From Candidatus Eiseniibacteriota bacterium (GTDB lineage: Bacteria; Eisenbacteria; RBG-16-71-46): DNA of 64,000 nt. The position numbers were made by a program, and so were the translations under genes. Below the pieces are notes generated by a model. That model searched no databases. It was not told the origin of the DNA and was given only the letters and a program-made list of their open reading frames with translations. The stretch covers positions 448,001-512,000 of the forward strand of contig CAVQXP010000004.1 in assembly GCA_963717935.1 (NCBI GenBank), written 5' to 3'. Of this stretch, positions 9,288-20,676 are shown piece after piece; positions within the stretch are counted from its first letter, which is position 1; every line of letters begins with the position of its first letter.

Positions 9288-9383
9288 ATATCGCAAGTGA
9301 CGGGCACCGCCCCGTCGAGGGTCCCGGAGGTTCTCTCCTCGACCCTGAGAACCCTGCGCCCACAGCCCAGCGACGGAGGAGAC

Positions 9384-11229
9384 ATGCCCAGACACCTGCG
9401 CTCCCCGGCCAACCCGAAGGGCCCCGCCCGCGGCATGCGCGCCTCCGCCCTGCCCGAACGCGCGAGCCCGGAGGGGCCGCAGTCGGCCCGGTTGACCGAA
9501 GTCGCAGGCCTGCCGGCCGAGGTGTCGCGCCAGGCGCAGCGCGAGATGGACCGGCTGCGCCGCCTTCCGCCCGGCTCGCCCGAGGCGGGCCAGGCACGCA
9601 CCTACCTGCAGTGGCTCTGGGCCCTGCCGTGGGAGCGCTCGGCCCCCGAGGACGCGAACCTGAAGCGGGTCGAGGCGACGCTCAACCGCGAACACTTCGG
9701 CCTGGCCAAGGCCAAGGAGCGCATCATCGAGTACCTCGCGGTGCGCCGGCTCAAGCCCGATCTGCCCGGCCCCGCGTTGTGCCTGGTCGGCCCGCCGGGG
9801 ACCGGCAAGTCCTCGCTCGCCGCCGCCGTGGCGCACGCGCTGCACCGGCCCTTCGTGCGGCTGGGCGTGTCCGGCGCGGGCGAGATCGGCGGCCTGCGTG
9901 GCGTGCCGCGCGCGCTGCCGGGCGCCCAGCCCGGCAAGATCGTCAGGGCGCTGCGCGAGGCCGGCGTGCGCAACCCCGTGATCATGATCGACGGGGTGGA
10001 CCGGCTCGCCGGAGAGACCGGGCTCGGCGCGTTCGAGACCCTGCTCGAGTTGCTCGACCCCGCCAGCAGTGCGCGCTTCATCGACCAGTACCTGGGGCTG
10101 CCGCTCGACCTGTCGCACGCCGTGCTGCTGCTGTGCGCCAACAACGCCGAACTGGTGCCCGAGCCGCTCCAGGACCGCCTCGAATTGATCGAGGTGCCCG
10201 GCTACGGCGAGACCGAGAAGCTCAGGGTCGCGCGCCGCTTCCTGGTCCCGCGTCTGCTGCGCGAGCACGGGCTCGGCCCGGGCGACCTGCGGCTGACCGA
10301 CGGGGCCCTTCGCGCCATCGTTCGCCAGTACACGCTCGAGGCCGGAGTGCGCGGGCTCGCGCGCCAGATCGCGACCGTGTGCCGCAAGGTGGCGCGTCGC
10401 CCGCGCGACCGGCGACGCGAAGCGGCACGTCGTGACGCCGCGCCGGCTCGAGCGTTACCTGGGCCATCGGCTGTTCACGCTCGAGACCGCGGGCAAGAAC
10501 GACGAGGTCGGCGTGGCCACGGGGCTCGCCTGGACCTCGACCGGCGGCGAGATCCTCACCGTCGAGGCGCTCAAGATGCCCGGCGAGGGCCGCGTCGTCA
10601 CCACCGGCCAGCTCGGCGAGGTGATGAAGGAGTCCGTGCAGGCCGCGCACTCCTACGTGCGTTCGCGCGCCGACGTGCTGCAGATCGACGCGCAGGCGTT
10701 CGCCGACTACGACATCCACATCCACTTCCCCGCAGCCGGCGTGCCCAAGGACGGCCCCTCGGCGGGTATCACCGTGGGGCTCGTGATCGCCTCGGTGCTG
10801 AGCGACCGGCCCATCCGCCACGACGTGGCGATGACCGGCGAGGTGAGCCTGCGCGGCAAGGTGCTCGCCGTGGGCGGCCTGCGCGACAAGGCGCTGGCCG
10901 CGCACCGCGCCGGCTTCCGCGCCATGCTCTACCCGGCGATCAACGAGAAGGACCTCGAGGACGTCCCGTCCGACGTGCGCGACCGGCTCGAGATGGTGCC
11001 GGTGGCGACCATGGACGACGTGTTCGCCGTGGCCCTGCACCGCGTCATCGTGCCGCGCCGGGTCGGCGACGAATACGTCATCGAGGTGAACGAGGACGAC
11101 GTGCTGCCGGGCACGGAGGGCGAGGACGGCGCGGAGGCCGTGGAGAACGCGGAGGCGTCCGCCGCGGAGACCGCGCCGGAGCCGCCACCCCGGCGCAGGC
11201 TGCTGGGGCCGGACGGCAACGAGCTGTAG
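9384..11229 (+). CDS. lon: Lon (S16) protease paralog lacking N-domain, degenerate AAA+; frameshift near 10400
   Basis: GGAGGA RBS; HFGL..AKERIIEYLAV, GPPGTGKS, YTLEAGVR; second frame gives GVATGLAWT, PKDGPSAG (Ser) and VGGLRDK (Lys). Confidence 0.85.
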
Positions 11230-11460
11230 CGGGGTGGACGGAGAGGACCGCGCCCGGGACGGCGGCCCGGCGGCACGTTAGGCGCCGGACGGAGTGCCCG
11301 GTAGAATGGGATCGTGAGACTCGCGGCACGGGCTCCCCGCTTCCCGCCCGGCGATCCCGCGTCCGGGCCCGGGCCGGCGACCCCGAGGGAGACCGTGCGG
11401 AGCCTTCTCGCCGCCAGCGCCTGACTCGACTCTGCCGATTCCCATCGTCCCGGAGAAGCC

Positions 11461-12240
11461 ATGTTCCGTGACAAGAAGGTCGTCGTCGTCATGCCCGCCT
11501 ACAATTCCGCGCGGACGCTGCGGCGGACCCACGAGGAGGTCCTGGCCCAGGAGGTCGTGGACCTCGTCATCGTGGTGGATGACGCGAGCCACGACGACAC
11601 CGTGGCCGTCGCCCGCACGCTGCCCAGGACCCGGGTCGAGATCCATCCGCAGAACCGGGGCTACGGCGCCAACCAGAAGACCTCGTACCGCCTCGCGCTC
11701 GAACAGGGCGCCGACATCGTGATCATGGTGCACCCCGACTACCAGTACACGCCGAAGCTCATCCCGGCGATGGTCGCCCTGATCGGAAACGGCCTCTACC
11801 CCTGCGTCCTGGGCTCGCGCATCCTGGGCGGCCACGCCATCGGTGGTGGCATGCCCTGGTGGCGCTACATCGCGAACCGCTTCCTCACCCTGGCCGAGAA
11901 CTTCCTGCTGGGCTCCAAGCTGTCCGAGTTTCACACCGGCTACCGGGCCTTCTCGCGGGACCTGCTCGAGCGCCTGCCGCTGGAGCGGAACTCGGACGAC
12001 TTCGTCTTCGACAACCAGGTGCTCGCGCAGGTCCTCTGGCTCGGGGACCAGATCGCCGAGGTGTCCTGCCCGACGAGTTACTTCGCCGAGGCCTCTTCGA
12101 TCAACTTCGTCCGCTCGGTGCGCTACGGCTTCGGCTGCCTCGCCACCGGGCTGGCCTTCCGTCTGGCCCGGTGGGGGCTGCGCTCGTCCTCGCTCTTCCC
12201 CGGTCCCCCGGGGCGGCGTGGCGCGCGCGAAGCCCGCTGA
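11461..12240 (+). CDS. Glycosyltransferase family 2 (DPM1-like)
   Basis: VVMPAYN, VVDDASHD, NRGYG, HPDYQY, HTGYRAFSR. Confidence 0.9.
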   Translation: MFRDKKVVVVMPAYNSARTLRRTHEEVLAQEVVDLVIVVDDASHDDTVAVARTLPRTRVEIHPQNRGYGANQKTSYRLALEQGADIVIMVHPDYQYTPKLIPAMVALIGNGLYPCVLGSRILGGHAIGGGMPWWRYIANRFLTLAENFLLGSKLSEFHTGYRAFSRDLLERLPLERNSDDFVFDNQVLAQVLWLGDQIAEVSCPTSYFAEASSINFVRSVRYGFGCLATGLAFRLARWGLRSSSLFPGPPGRRGAREAR

Positions 12241-12309
12241 CCGGCCGGCGCCGCTTCCCCGGCCACGACCGGGGTCGCCCGAACGACCGGCCGCGCGCGA
12301 CGGCGGACA

Positions 12310-13529
12310 TCAGGTAGAGCGCGACGCCGTGGCGCCCGACCTCGCGTAGTGCTCGCGCAGGCGGCGCGCGGCCTCGACCACGTCTTCCTTCCGCGTCGCG
12401 AGCGAGAACCGCACGCGCTCCGGGTATGGGCCGAAGGCGGTGCCGGGCAGCACCGCGACGCCCAATTCGAGCCACTCGCGCACCAGGTCCCACACCGTGC
12501 GCCGCTCGAGCGCGGCCGAGACGTCGGCGAAGACGTAGAACGCCCCGGCGGGCCTCGGCGCGCGCACGGCGTGCTGGCCCTCGAGCCCGGCGAACAGCGT
12601 GTCGCGTCGCGCCTGGTAGGCGCGCCGCATCGTGTCCACCACGCCCTGCGGGCCCCGCAGCGCCGCGAGACCGGCGATCTGCACCGCGGGGAACACGCCG
12701 TAGGTGGTGAGCGCGCAGAGCGTCGGCCCCAGCACCGGGCGCAGCGCCGGCGGCGAGACCGCGTAGCCCGAGGCGCCAGCCGGTCATGGCGTAGGACTTG
12801 GAGAAGAGAAGACGGTCACGGTGCGCGCGGACATGCCGGGCAGCGCCGCGATGCTCACGTGCGTGGCGTCGTCGAAGAGGATGTGCTCGTAGGCCTCGTC
12901 GCTCACCACCCACAGGTCGTGCTCGCGCGCCACTTCCGCGATGGCCTCGAGCTGCTCGTGCGTGAGCACCGCGCCGGTCGGGTTGTTGGGCGTGTTGACG
13001 TAGAGCCCGCGCGTCTCGGGCCGCAGGCTCGCGCGCAAGCCGGGTCGCGAGACCCGCGGGCGCGAGGGTGTCCTCCATGAGGTCGAGGTACGCCGGCACG
13101 GCGCGCCAGCGCGCGCCTTCGACCAGGCCGAGCATGCGCGGCAGCATCATCCAGTAGGGCGAGAGCAGCAGGACCTCGTCGCCGGGCGAGAGCAGCGCCT
13201 GGAAGACCATCGAGAGCGCATGCGTCGCGCCCGCGGTGATGACCACGTCCTCGGGATGGCAGGCAGATGCCGTTCTCGAGCGAGAGCTTCTCGGCCAGCG
13301 CCACGCGCAGCGGCAGCGCGCCGCCGGGATTCGCGTAGTGGGTCTCGCCCGCGCGCGCCGCGGCAGCGAGCGCCTCGACGATGTGAGGTGGCGTGTCGAA
13401 ATCGGGCTCGCCGCGCTCCAGGTGCAGGATGTGCTGCCCTTCGGCCTCGCGCACCGCCGCGGCGGTCATCACCTGGGCCAGGTCGGAAGCCGTACGGAAC
13501 ACCTCGCGGTCGGCGACGAGCCGGGGCAT
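12310..13529 (-). CDS. PLP-dependent aminotransferase class I/II; several frameshifts
   Basis: GEPDFDTP, VNTPNNPTG, SDEAYE, FSKSYAMTGWRLG and GAFY spread over four ORF pieces. Confidence 0.85.
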
Positions 13530-13625
13530 GCGCCATCCCTCCGGGGAGAGTAGGAGTGGGGGACAGGGGGAATCTTACCACGCGGGAGACCCGTGGCGGC
13601 CGAAGCGCCCGTGGCAGCCCCTGGC

Positions 13626-13639
13626 GGCACACGCCTTGC
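13626..13639 (+). promoter_or_regulatory. Sigma54-type promoter of GAF gene
   Basis: GGCACACGCCTTGC, 50 bp before GTG. Confidence 0.6.
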
Positions 13640-13688
13640 CTTTCCCCGGCGTCCGCTACCCATCGGCACTCTCAAGGAGGGACCTCCC

Positions 13689-15149
13689 GTGTCCAAGTTC
13701 GACCTGCGCGACATCTCGGACCGCCTGACGGGGTCTCGGGACACCGAGGCCTTGGTTTTCGAGTTCCTGGGCTATCTGCAAGCGGTACACCCGGATTGGC
13801 GCGCCTCGCTGGCCTTCTACGAGGTCAGCCGGGACGCCCTGGTCAACGTCTACCACCGCGCGGGCCAGCGGCTCGTCCGCCGGGACATCGACCTGCCGGT
13901 GGACGAGCTGCCGGCCCGGCTCGTGCGAAAGTTCTTCCACCCCAGTGCATTTTTCAATCATGCGGAGCGCCGCTCCCTCCTGACCCACGTCTTCGGCGCC
14001 TCGCCCGTCCTACGAGCCCGACCCCCTCGAGGCCCCCGGACTGACCGCCCTGACCGCCACCGATTTCTGGCAGGCGTGCGTCTGCCTGCCCATGGCGGAC
14101 GCCGAGGACGTGCTCGCCCTGCTGGTGATCGTGAGCGAGAAGCGCGGCGCCTTCGGCGGCAAGGCGATCTCCGACCTGATCCCGGTCAAGAGCATGGCCG
14201 CGCTCGCGCTGGCCCAGCACCTCCACCGCGCCGGGCGCACGCGCGCCACCGACCCGGCCATGCCCGCGGCCGCCGCCGAATTCCAGGACCGCATCCAGCA
14301 GCTGCACGCGCACAGCGAGCAACTCGAGGCGGAGAACCAGACCAAGGCCCAGCAGCTCGAAGCGCTGGCGCAGGAGATCGAGCAGCTCGACAAGAACTCG
14401 ACCCAGTACCAGCAGGAGCTGGAACGCGTGAAGTCGGCGCTGTTCGCGCTCGAGGAACAGGCGGGGGCCGCGACCGGGCACCTGACCGACGCCTACTCCG
14501 AGCTGAACTCGACGCAGCGCCAAGGCCGCCGAGCTGCAGCGCACCGTGGGCTTCATGAAGGACGTCTTCCAGCTGCTCGCGCAGGAACACGATCCGGGCC
14601 GCGCTGCCCGACACGCTGGTCCAGTGGTTCTGCGAGCACTTCCAGATCGAGCGCTGCAGCCTGATGCTGCTCGACGCCCAGAAGGAGACGCTCTCGATCG
14701 CCGCCCAGCGCGGCATCGACCCGGCCGTGGCGGGCAAGGTGAAGGTGCGCCTGGGACAGGGCATCGCCGGCTGGGTGGCGCACAACCGCAAGCCGCTGTT
14801 CGTGCGGGTGCGCGACGACGCCGACCCGCCGCTGCACACCGACCAGGACGCCTACAACTCCGACTCCTTCATCTGCGTGCCGCTCACCTACAACGACCGG
14901 GTCTGCGGCGTGCTCAACCTGAGCAACAAGCGCGACGGCGAGGTGTTCGACGAGTTCGACCTGGACCGCGCGATGCTGGCGGGCTCGATCATCGCCATGA
15001 CACTGGGCGGCCAGGAACAGGTGCGCCGGGCGGCGACGCACGACCTGGGCGTAGGCGACCGACCCGGAGCAAGACGACGGCCCGGCACCTTCCTGGTGCC
15101 GGGCCGCGTCGTTCGGGACGGCCTGAGTGGGTGCGAATCCCTTCTCTAG
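13689..15149 (+). CDS. GAF-like / coiled-coil / GAF protein; frameshifts near 14010, 14520, 14600
   Basis: AAGGAGG RBS + GTG; heptad-rich centre; C-terminal GAF (CSLMLLD, GQGIAGWVA, SFICVPL, GVLNLSNK, FDEFD). Confidence 0.7.
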
Positions 15150-15715
15150 AAGGCCTTCCGCCCCGCGATCACGATGGCTTCGAGCGTGCTCAGCTCGATG
15201 CGGCCGTTGAGCGGATCACCCGCTCTCGGGGCCGCGCAACGACGTCGTCACGCTGAGTCTCATCCTGCGCTGAACGAACAGCTCCGCCACCCGCGATTCC
15301 GCGGGCACCGTCACGTTCAGCGTGGTGTCCTGGCCCGCGGCGAGCTTCACCACGGCCTCCACCACCGGGCGGCGTCGCGAGCGGGTGGGTGTCCTCGTCG
15401 CTGGCGTAGATGCGCAGCGTGTCCGAGCCGGACCCCGTCGAGTCGTGCGCGAACACCGACAGCACGATCGAGACCGACTGGACTTCGGCCACGCTGCTCA
15501 GGCCTTCGAGCAGCTGGATGGTCTCGTCGTCCACGAGTGCCTGCTCGCCGCTGACGATGGCGGGCCGACGACGCCGGCACCGGCCCGATGGCCGCGGTCC
15601 GCAGCGCGGGGTCGAGGTAGCTGAGCACATCCACTTTGAGCACGAGGTTGTGGTCACCGCAACCCGTCAGGGCCAGTGCGGCCACCGCGATGACGATGAG
15701 TGCACGCGTGCGCAT
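15146..15715 (-). CDS. Hypothetical lipoprotein (~185 aa); frameshifts
   Basis: GGAGG RBS; MRTRALIVIAVAALALTGC lipobox; pieces continue to LEAIVIAGRKAF-TAG at 15146. Confidence 0.6.
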
Positions 15716-15723
15716 GGCGCCTC

Positions 15724-17056
15724 CTAGTGGTAGAACGCCAGCCCGGCCCCGAGTTCGAGGCCGCGCTCGCGCGAGAGGTTGCGGCTGTGGCTGGCGACGG
15801 CGAGGTCCACGCCGATGGCGCCGAGGCGCACTCCCGTGCCCGCGGTGTACTGGAGCAGCTCGTTCGCGTCCAGGTACGCGCCGGCCCGCACGGCGAGGGC
15901 CTTGTTCAGCCAGGTCTCGGCGCCCAGGTGCCCGGTCGTCACGTTGACGCCGCGCACCACGTCGCCCGCGACCAGGAAGCGCCCGAGATGCACCGCGGCG
16001 TTCGCCACCGCGGTCGTGGGCACCTTGCTCGTCAGGGGCACGTCGCGCGCGATCACCTGCTGCACGTAGTCGCCCGTGACGGGGTCGTCGTAGGCGATGG
16101 TCTCGCGCACGCGCCAGTCGAAGGTGCGTGCCGATGTCGTTGACGCCCAGGCCGACCTCGGCGCCCCCGGCCATCCAGACCGCGCCCAGGTCGAGGCCGC
16201 GGCCGAAGCCGCCCGCCCTCGGGGCCGGTCGTCGTAGAAGTGGCCGAGGTAGTTGACGTCCACCGGGTCGAGGGCGAAGAGCGTGTCGGCCGTGGTGAAC
16301 GCCACCGAGTTGTCCGCGCTCGCCGTAGGCGAGGCCGCGCATCAGCTTCACGCGCGCGCCGGCGTAGAGCCCCATGCCCTTGCCGCGCGGGTCGCCCGCC
16401 TGCACGCAGCGGGCCGGCCCAGCCGAGGTGCACGCCCGACAGCGGCCTGGCCGTAGCCCCGGTCGAGCATCTCGTAGCGTGGTGTTCGGGCGGAACTCCT
16501 CGCCGTCGATGGCGTCCCGCAGCGCGTCGTTGAAGGAGAGTTCGTTCTCGTAGTGGACGAGCGGCGCGGCGGCGAGGAAGAAGCGCCTGACGCCGAAGCC
16601 CAGCGCCGGACCGTTGGCGACCGCGCCGATGCCGGCTCTGCTCTTCGGGGAAGACGGTCCTCACGTCGCCCAGGTCCACGGCGAGGTGGTCCTTGCCGAT
16701 CGTGATCGTGATGTCGTTGCCGGGCGTCGGCGGGCGAGCGAGCTGCAGGTTCCAGGGCGGGTTGTAGAGCAGGTTCGCCAGCTCGTAGACGTTGAAGTCG
16801 GGCTCGTCGGGATCGAGCTCGGGCGGGTCCGCCAGGAGCGGGATGAGGCCGATCGGCAGCGGCAGGGTCCAGCCGGAATCGGGGCTCGCTGGGCACGGCC
16901 CGGTAGGCCACGTTGGCGCCGCGAACTGCCCGCGCCACCACCGGCCAGAATCACACCACCCATGGCCATGCGCCTTGCACTGAAGGTCTGGGCACCGGCC
17001 AGTCGTCCGCCCGCCACGAGGACGAGCAGGGACAACATCAAGATGCGCTGAAGCAT
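15724..17056 (-). CDS. Putative outer-membrane beta-barrel (PorV/FadL/TraF-like); frameshifts
   Basis: Signal peptide then SARRMAMGG; G.GLDLG, GLGVNDIG, VRAG strands; C-terminal ELGAGLAFYH. Confidence 0.6.
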
Positions 17057-17124
17057 GTGGTTAGGCTCCTTGAAGGTGTGTCCCCGGGGCCCGTCAGCGG
17101 CATGCTGACCGCTGCCGATGAGGC

Positions 17125-17138
17125 GCAAGGACCGCGCC
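17125..17138 (-). promoter_or_regulatory. Sigma54-type promoter of beta-barrel operon
   Basis: Minus strand CTGGCGCGGTCCTTGC, 69 bp before ATG. Confidence 0.55.
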
Positions 17139-17200
17139 AGCCGGGAGCCGGGCGCCCGCGCGGAGCACCCCCGGCCGCGCCCGGCCACTTCCCGTCGAGC

Positions 17201-17707
17201 TCAGTGGCGTCCGAAGTAGTCCTTCAGCGCCTGGCGGTGCGCGGCGAACGCGATCGCGCGCGGAAGCCGGGCACGCGGGAACCATTCCGCCTCCAGCGCG
17301 TCGTCGCCCGGGCGCAGCCGCCCGCCCTCGCGCTCCGCGGTGTAGAGGATGAGCACGGCGCGGGCGCGCGGATCGTCCAGGCCGGCGTAGACACCGAAGA
17401 GACCCGTGAGCCGGACCACGAGCCCGGTCTCCTCTTCGACTTCGCGCACCGCGCAGTGCTCCGGGGTCTCGCCGTACTCCATGAAGCCCGCCGGCAGACA
17501 CCACGCGCCCACGCGCGGCGCGTACTTGCGCTTCACCAGGAGCACCTCGCCCCTGCGCTCGAGGATCACGCCCGCCGCAGGCACCGGGTTGCGGTAGTGG
17601 ACCCAGCCGCAGAGCGGGCAGACCGGACGCGCGTGGCCGTGGTCGTCGAGCTTCTCGAGCGGCGTGGCGCAGCGCGGGCAGTAGCGGAACGGCAGCCGTT
17701 TCGGCAT
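17201..17707 (-). CDS. NUDIX hydrolase with N-terminal zinc ribbon
   Basis: CPRC..CPLC; Nudix box GFMEYGETPEHCAVREVEEETG. Confidence 0.9.
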   Translation of the reverse strand: MPKRLPFRYCPRCATPLEKLDDHGHARPVCPLCGWVHYRNPVPAAGVILERRGEVLLVKRKYAPRVGAWCLPAGFMEYGETPEHCAVREVEEETGLVVRLTGLFGVYAGLDDPRARAVLILYTAEREGGRLRPGDDALEAEWFPRARLPRAIAFAAHRQALKDYFGRH

Positions 17708-17911
17708 GGGAGGACGACAGTACGCGCGGCTCCACGCGCCACGCAAACGAAGAAGACCCGGCCGATGGTCTGGCCGGGTCTCCCCTGCGCAACCGGGGCA
17801 GGACGTCGCGCTGCACCTTCCCGCTCGATCAGACACCCCTGTCGGACACCTTCTCGATGACGCGGGTCGGATCGATCGTCCTTACCGTTCGCGCTTGCTC
17901 TTCGACGCCGG

Positions 17912-18999
17912 CTACTCGCCTTCGTCATCCTCCCGCTCTTCGTCGAGCCGCTGCCGCAGCTCTTCCATCTGCTGCTTCAACTGGTCCAGCTCGTGTCGCA
18001 GATCGCCGCGGTCCGTCTTCCGCAGGATGATCCGCTTCTGGGCCCCGGGGCGGTCTTCGAGTTCGTCTCCGAAGAACCGGATGCGCGACGGCTCGGGCTT
18101 CTCGAGTTCCGCCTCGACGGTGCGCAGCGCGCCGTGGCGCACGACCCGCAGCGCGACCTTGCCTTCCTTACCCCGCAGGGCGTCCACCAGGTCCGTCCCG
18201 TTCGCCACGGCCTCCTCGCCCACCCGGGTGATGACATCTCCCGCCTCGAGGCCGGCCCGCTCGGCCGGAGAGTCCTTGATGACCTCCAGCACCAGCACGC
18301 CCTTGCCGTCCTTGAGGCCGAAGTAGCCGCCCAGTCCGGGGCTCAGCGATTCGATGCGCACGCCCAGACGTCCGCGGGGGGCGGAGCCGAGGAAGGCCAT
18401 GGCGCCCTGCGGCAGGTCGAGTTCCTTCAGGCCCTTGAGCCCTTGAGGTCCTTGAGGCCCTTGAGGCCCTTGAGGTCCCGGATGACGATCCGCTTCGCCT
18501 GCCGCTGTCCATCCGGCGACGGACGGGCATGCCAGGCCGGGGGCTCGGGCGCCTCGAGCGCCTCGGGGGTTTCCGGGGCCTCCGGGGGCTCCGGCCTCTC
18601 CACCCGGTACCTCGCCTCGTCCGGGCGGGCGTCCAGCCACACCGAGACGATGCGGCGCTCGCCGTCGCGGAACGCCTCGACCGACACGCTCTGGCCCACG
18701 CGGGCGGCGCGGACAATGCCTCGCAGCTCCTCGGGCGAATCCACCGTGCGCGAGTTGACGCGCACGATCACGTCGCCCTTGCGCAGGCCCGCCCGGGCCG
18801 CGGGGCCGTCCGGAACGACGCGGCTCAGGATCACGCCTCCGTCGCCCCGGTAGTCCATCCCGTCGCGGAGCTCGGGCGTGAGCTCCTGCATGTACACTCC
18901 CAGCCAGGGCGTCTGCCCGGCGGCGGCGCGGGCATGATTCACGCCCGTGAGGCCGGTGACGAGCAGCAACCCTGCGATGAGCGCGGCGTTCTTTCGCAT
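17912..18999 (-). CDS. Secreted tandem-PDZ protein; frameshift near 18440
   Basis: Signal peptide; PWLGV..GPAARAGLRKGDVI and RGRLGV..SPAERAGLEAGDVI; no protease domain; coiled-coil tail. Confidence 0.85.
18424..18477 (-). repeat. 9-bp tandem repeat encoding (G/D)LK x6
   Basis: CTCAAGGGC / CTCAAGGAC units; one unit is a base short. Confidence 0.8.
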
Positions 19000-19127
19000 G
19001 ACTTTCCTCCTGTGCTAGCGTCCCACGTGGGATCAGCCGGGCGACGGCTGTCACCGTGTCTGACACGGCGTTCCGTCACTCCGTTCCGGGAACCCTCCCA
19101 CCGCGGACTTTTGCGCATCCCAACGCC

Positions 19128-20561
19128 ATGAAAGTCAACGACCTGTTAGGACTCGACATCGCGGATGTCGCACTGGGCGGCAAGGCCCTGGCGCGGCACG
19201 AGGGGCGCGCCGTGTTCGTGGACCGCGGCCTGCCCGGCGACCGCGTGCTGGCGCGGGTGACGCGGGTCAAGCGCGCGTGGGCGGAAGCACGACTCGAGCG
19301 CGTCGAGTCTTCGACGGCGCTGCGCGTGGATGCCGGGTGCCCGCATTTCGTCTCGGGCGTCTGCGGTGGCTGCCGCTTCCAGGACCTGCGCTACGACGAG
19401 CAACTCGCTCTCAAGGAGCGCCAGGTGCGCGAGACCCTCGTGCACCTGGGCGGCATCCAGGAGCCGCTCGTGCGGCCCATCCGCCCCGCACCCGACACGA
19501 GCGGCTACCGCAACAAGATGGAATTCAGCTTCTCCCCTGCGGCCGACGGCGACGCCGTGCTCGGCCTGCACGAGCGCGGCACCTTCGAGGGCGTGTTCGC
19601 GCTCGAGACCTGCATCCTGCCCGGCGCGCTGACGCTCGAGATCGTGCATCTGACCCAGCGCTTCGCACGCGAGCGGCACTGGCGCGCCTACCACCCACGG
19701 CGCCATGACGGAGTGGTGCGCTACCTCACCGTGCGGCACCTGCCGCACACCGGGCAGTGCGGCGTGCACCTGGTGGCCGCGTCGGAGGACGTGCCCGGGC
19801 TCGCGGAATGGGCACGGGCCGTGGCCGCGCTCTCGAACGAGGTGCGTACCGTGACGCTGCTCCTCAACCGCTCGCGCTCCAACGTGGCGTTCGGCGAAGA
19901 GGAGCGCGCGCTGAGCGGTGACGGCGTGATCGTCGAACGGCTGCTCGGGCTCGAGTTCGAGGCCACCGCCAGCACCTTCCTGCAGACCAACAGCCGCCAG
20001 GCCGAGGCGCTCTACGCGGCCGCCATCGAAGCCGCCGCGCTCCAGCCGCACGAGGCCGTGCTCGACCTGTACTGCGGCACCGGCACGCTCACGCTGCTCA
20101 TGGCGCGCGTCGCCGGCTTCGCCGTGGGCGTCGAGTCGGTGGGCGACGCGAGCGAGCGGGCGCGCCGCAACGCCGCGAAGAACGGCATCGGCAACGCACA
20201 CTTCTTCACCGGCGAGGCTCGCCCCCTGCTGCGCGAGTGGGCCCGCGGAGAGCGCCCCGCGCCGTGGCCCGCGGAGAGCGCGGCGTCCCGCCCGTCACCC
20301 GCCGCGGGCGCCCGCGGCACGCCCGGGCCGCACGTCGTGGTCGTGGACCCGCCGCGCGCCGGGCTCCACCCGCGCGTCGTGTTCCGCATCGCCGAGCTGG
20401 CGCCCGAGCGGATCGTCTACGTCTCCTGCAACCCCGCCACGCTCGCGCGCGACCTCAAGGACTTCGCCGGGTACGGCTGGCGCCTGGCCGAGGTCGCGCC
20501 GTTCGACATGTTCCCGCACACGCCCCACATCGAGTGCGTGGCGCGGCTGGCGAGGGGATAG
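19128..20561 (+). CDS. rlmD: 23S rRNA m5U methyltransferase RlmD/TrmA family
   Basis: TRAM start, CPHF..CGGC, YRNKMEF, FLQTN, DLYCGTG, DPPRAG, YVSCNP, DMFPHTPHIE. Confidence 0.92.
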   Translation: MKVNDLLGLDIADVALGGKALARHEGRAVFVDRGLPGDRVLARVTRVKRAWAEARLERVESSTALRVDAGCPHFVSGVCGGCRFQDLRYDEQLALKERQVRETLVHLGGIQEPLVRPIRPAPDTSGYRNKMEFSFSPAADGDAVLGLHERGTFEGVFALETCILPGALTLEIVHLTQRFARERHWRAYHPRRHDGVVRYLTVRHLPHTGQCGVHLVAASEDVPGLAEWARAVAALSNEVRTVTLLLNRSRSNVAFGEEERALSGDGVIVERLLGLEFEATASTFLQTNSRQAEALYAAAIEAAALQPHEAVLDLYCGTGTLTLLMARVAGFAVGVESVGDASERARRNAAKNGIGNAHFFTGEARPLLREWARGERPAPWPAESAASRPSPAAGARGTPGPHVVVVDPPRAGLHPRVVFRIAELAPERIVYVSCNPATLARDLKDFAGYGWRLAEVAPFDMFPHTPHIECVARLARG

Positions 20562-20676
20562 GCACGCCCGACGCCCGCACGACCCACCGGCCCCGGGCGG
20601 GCCATCGCCACGCGGGCCCCCGGCGCGCCGCCGCGCATCCCCCGATCCAGCCACGGGAACGCGCCCGGCCTTCGCC

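Noticed and set aside
10380..10440. Programmed frameshift separating Lon AAA+ and protease domains
   Set aside because: No slippery heptamer; same type of indel as in many unrelated genes here
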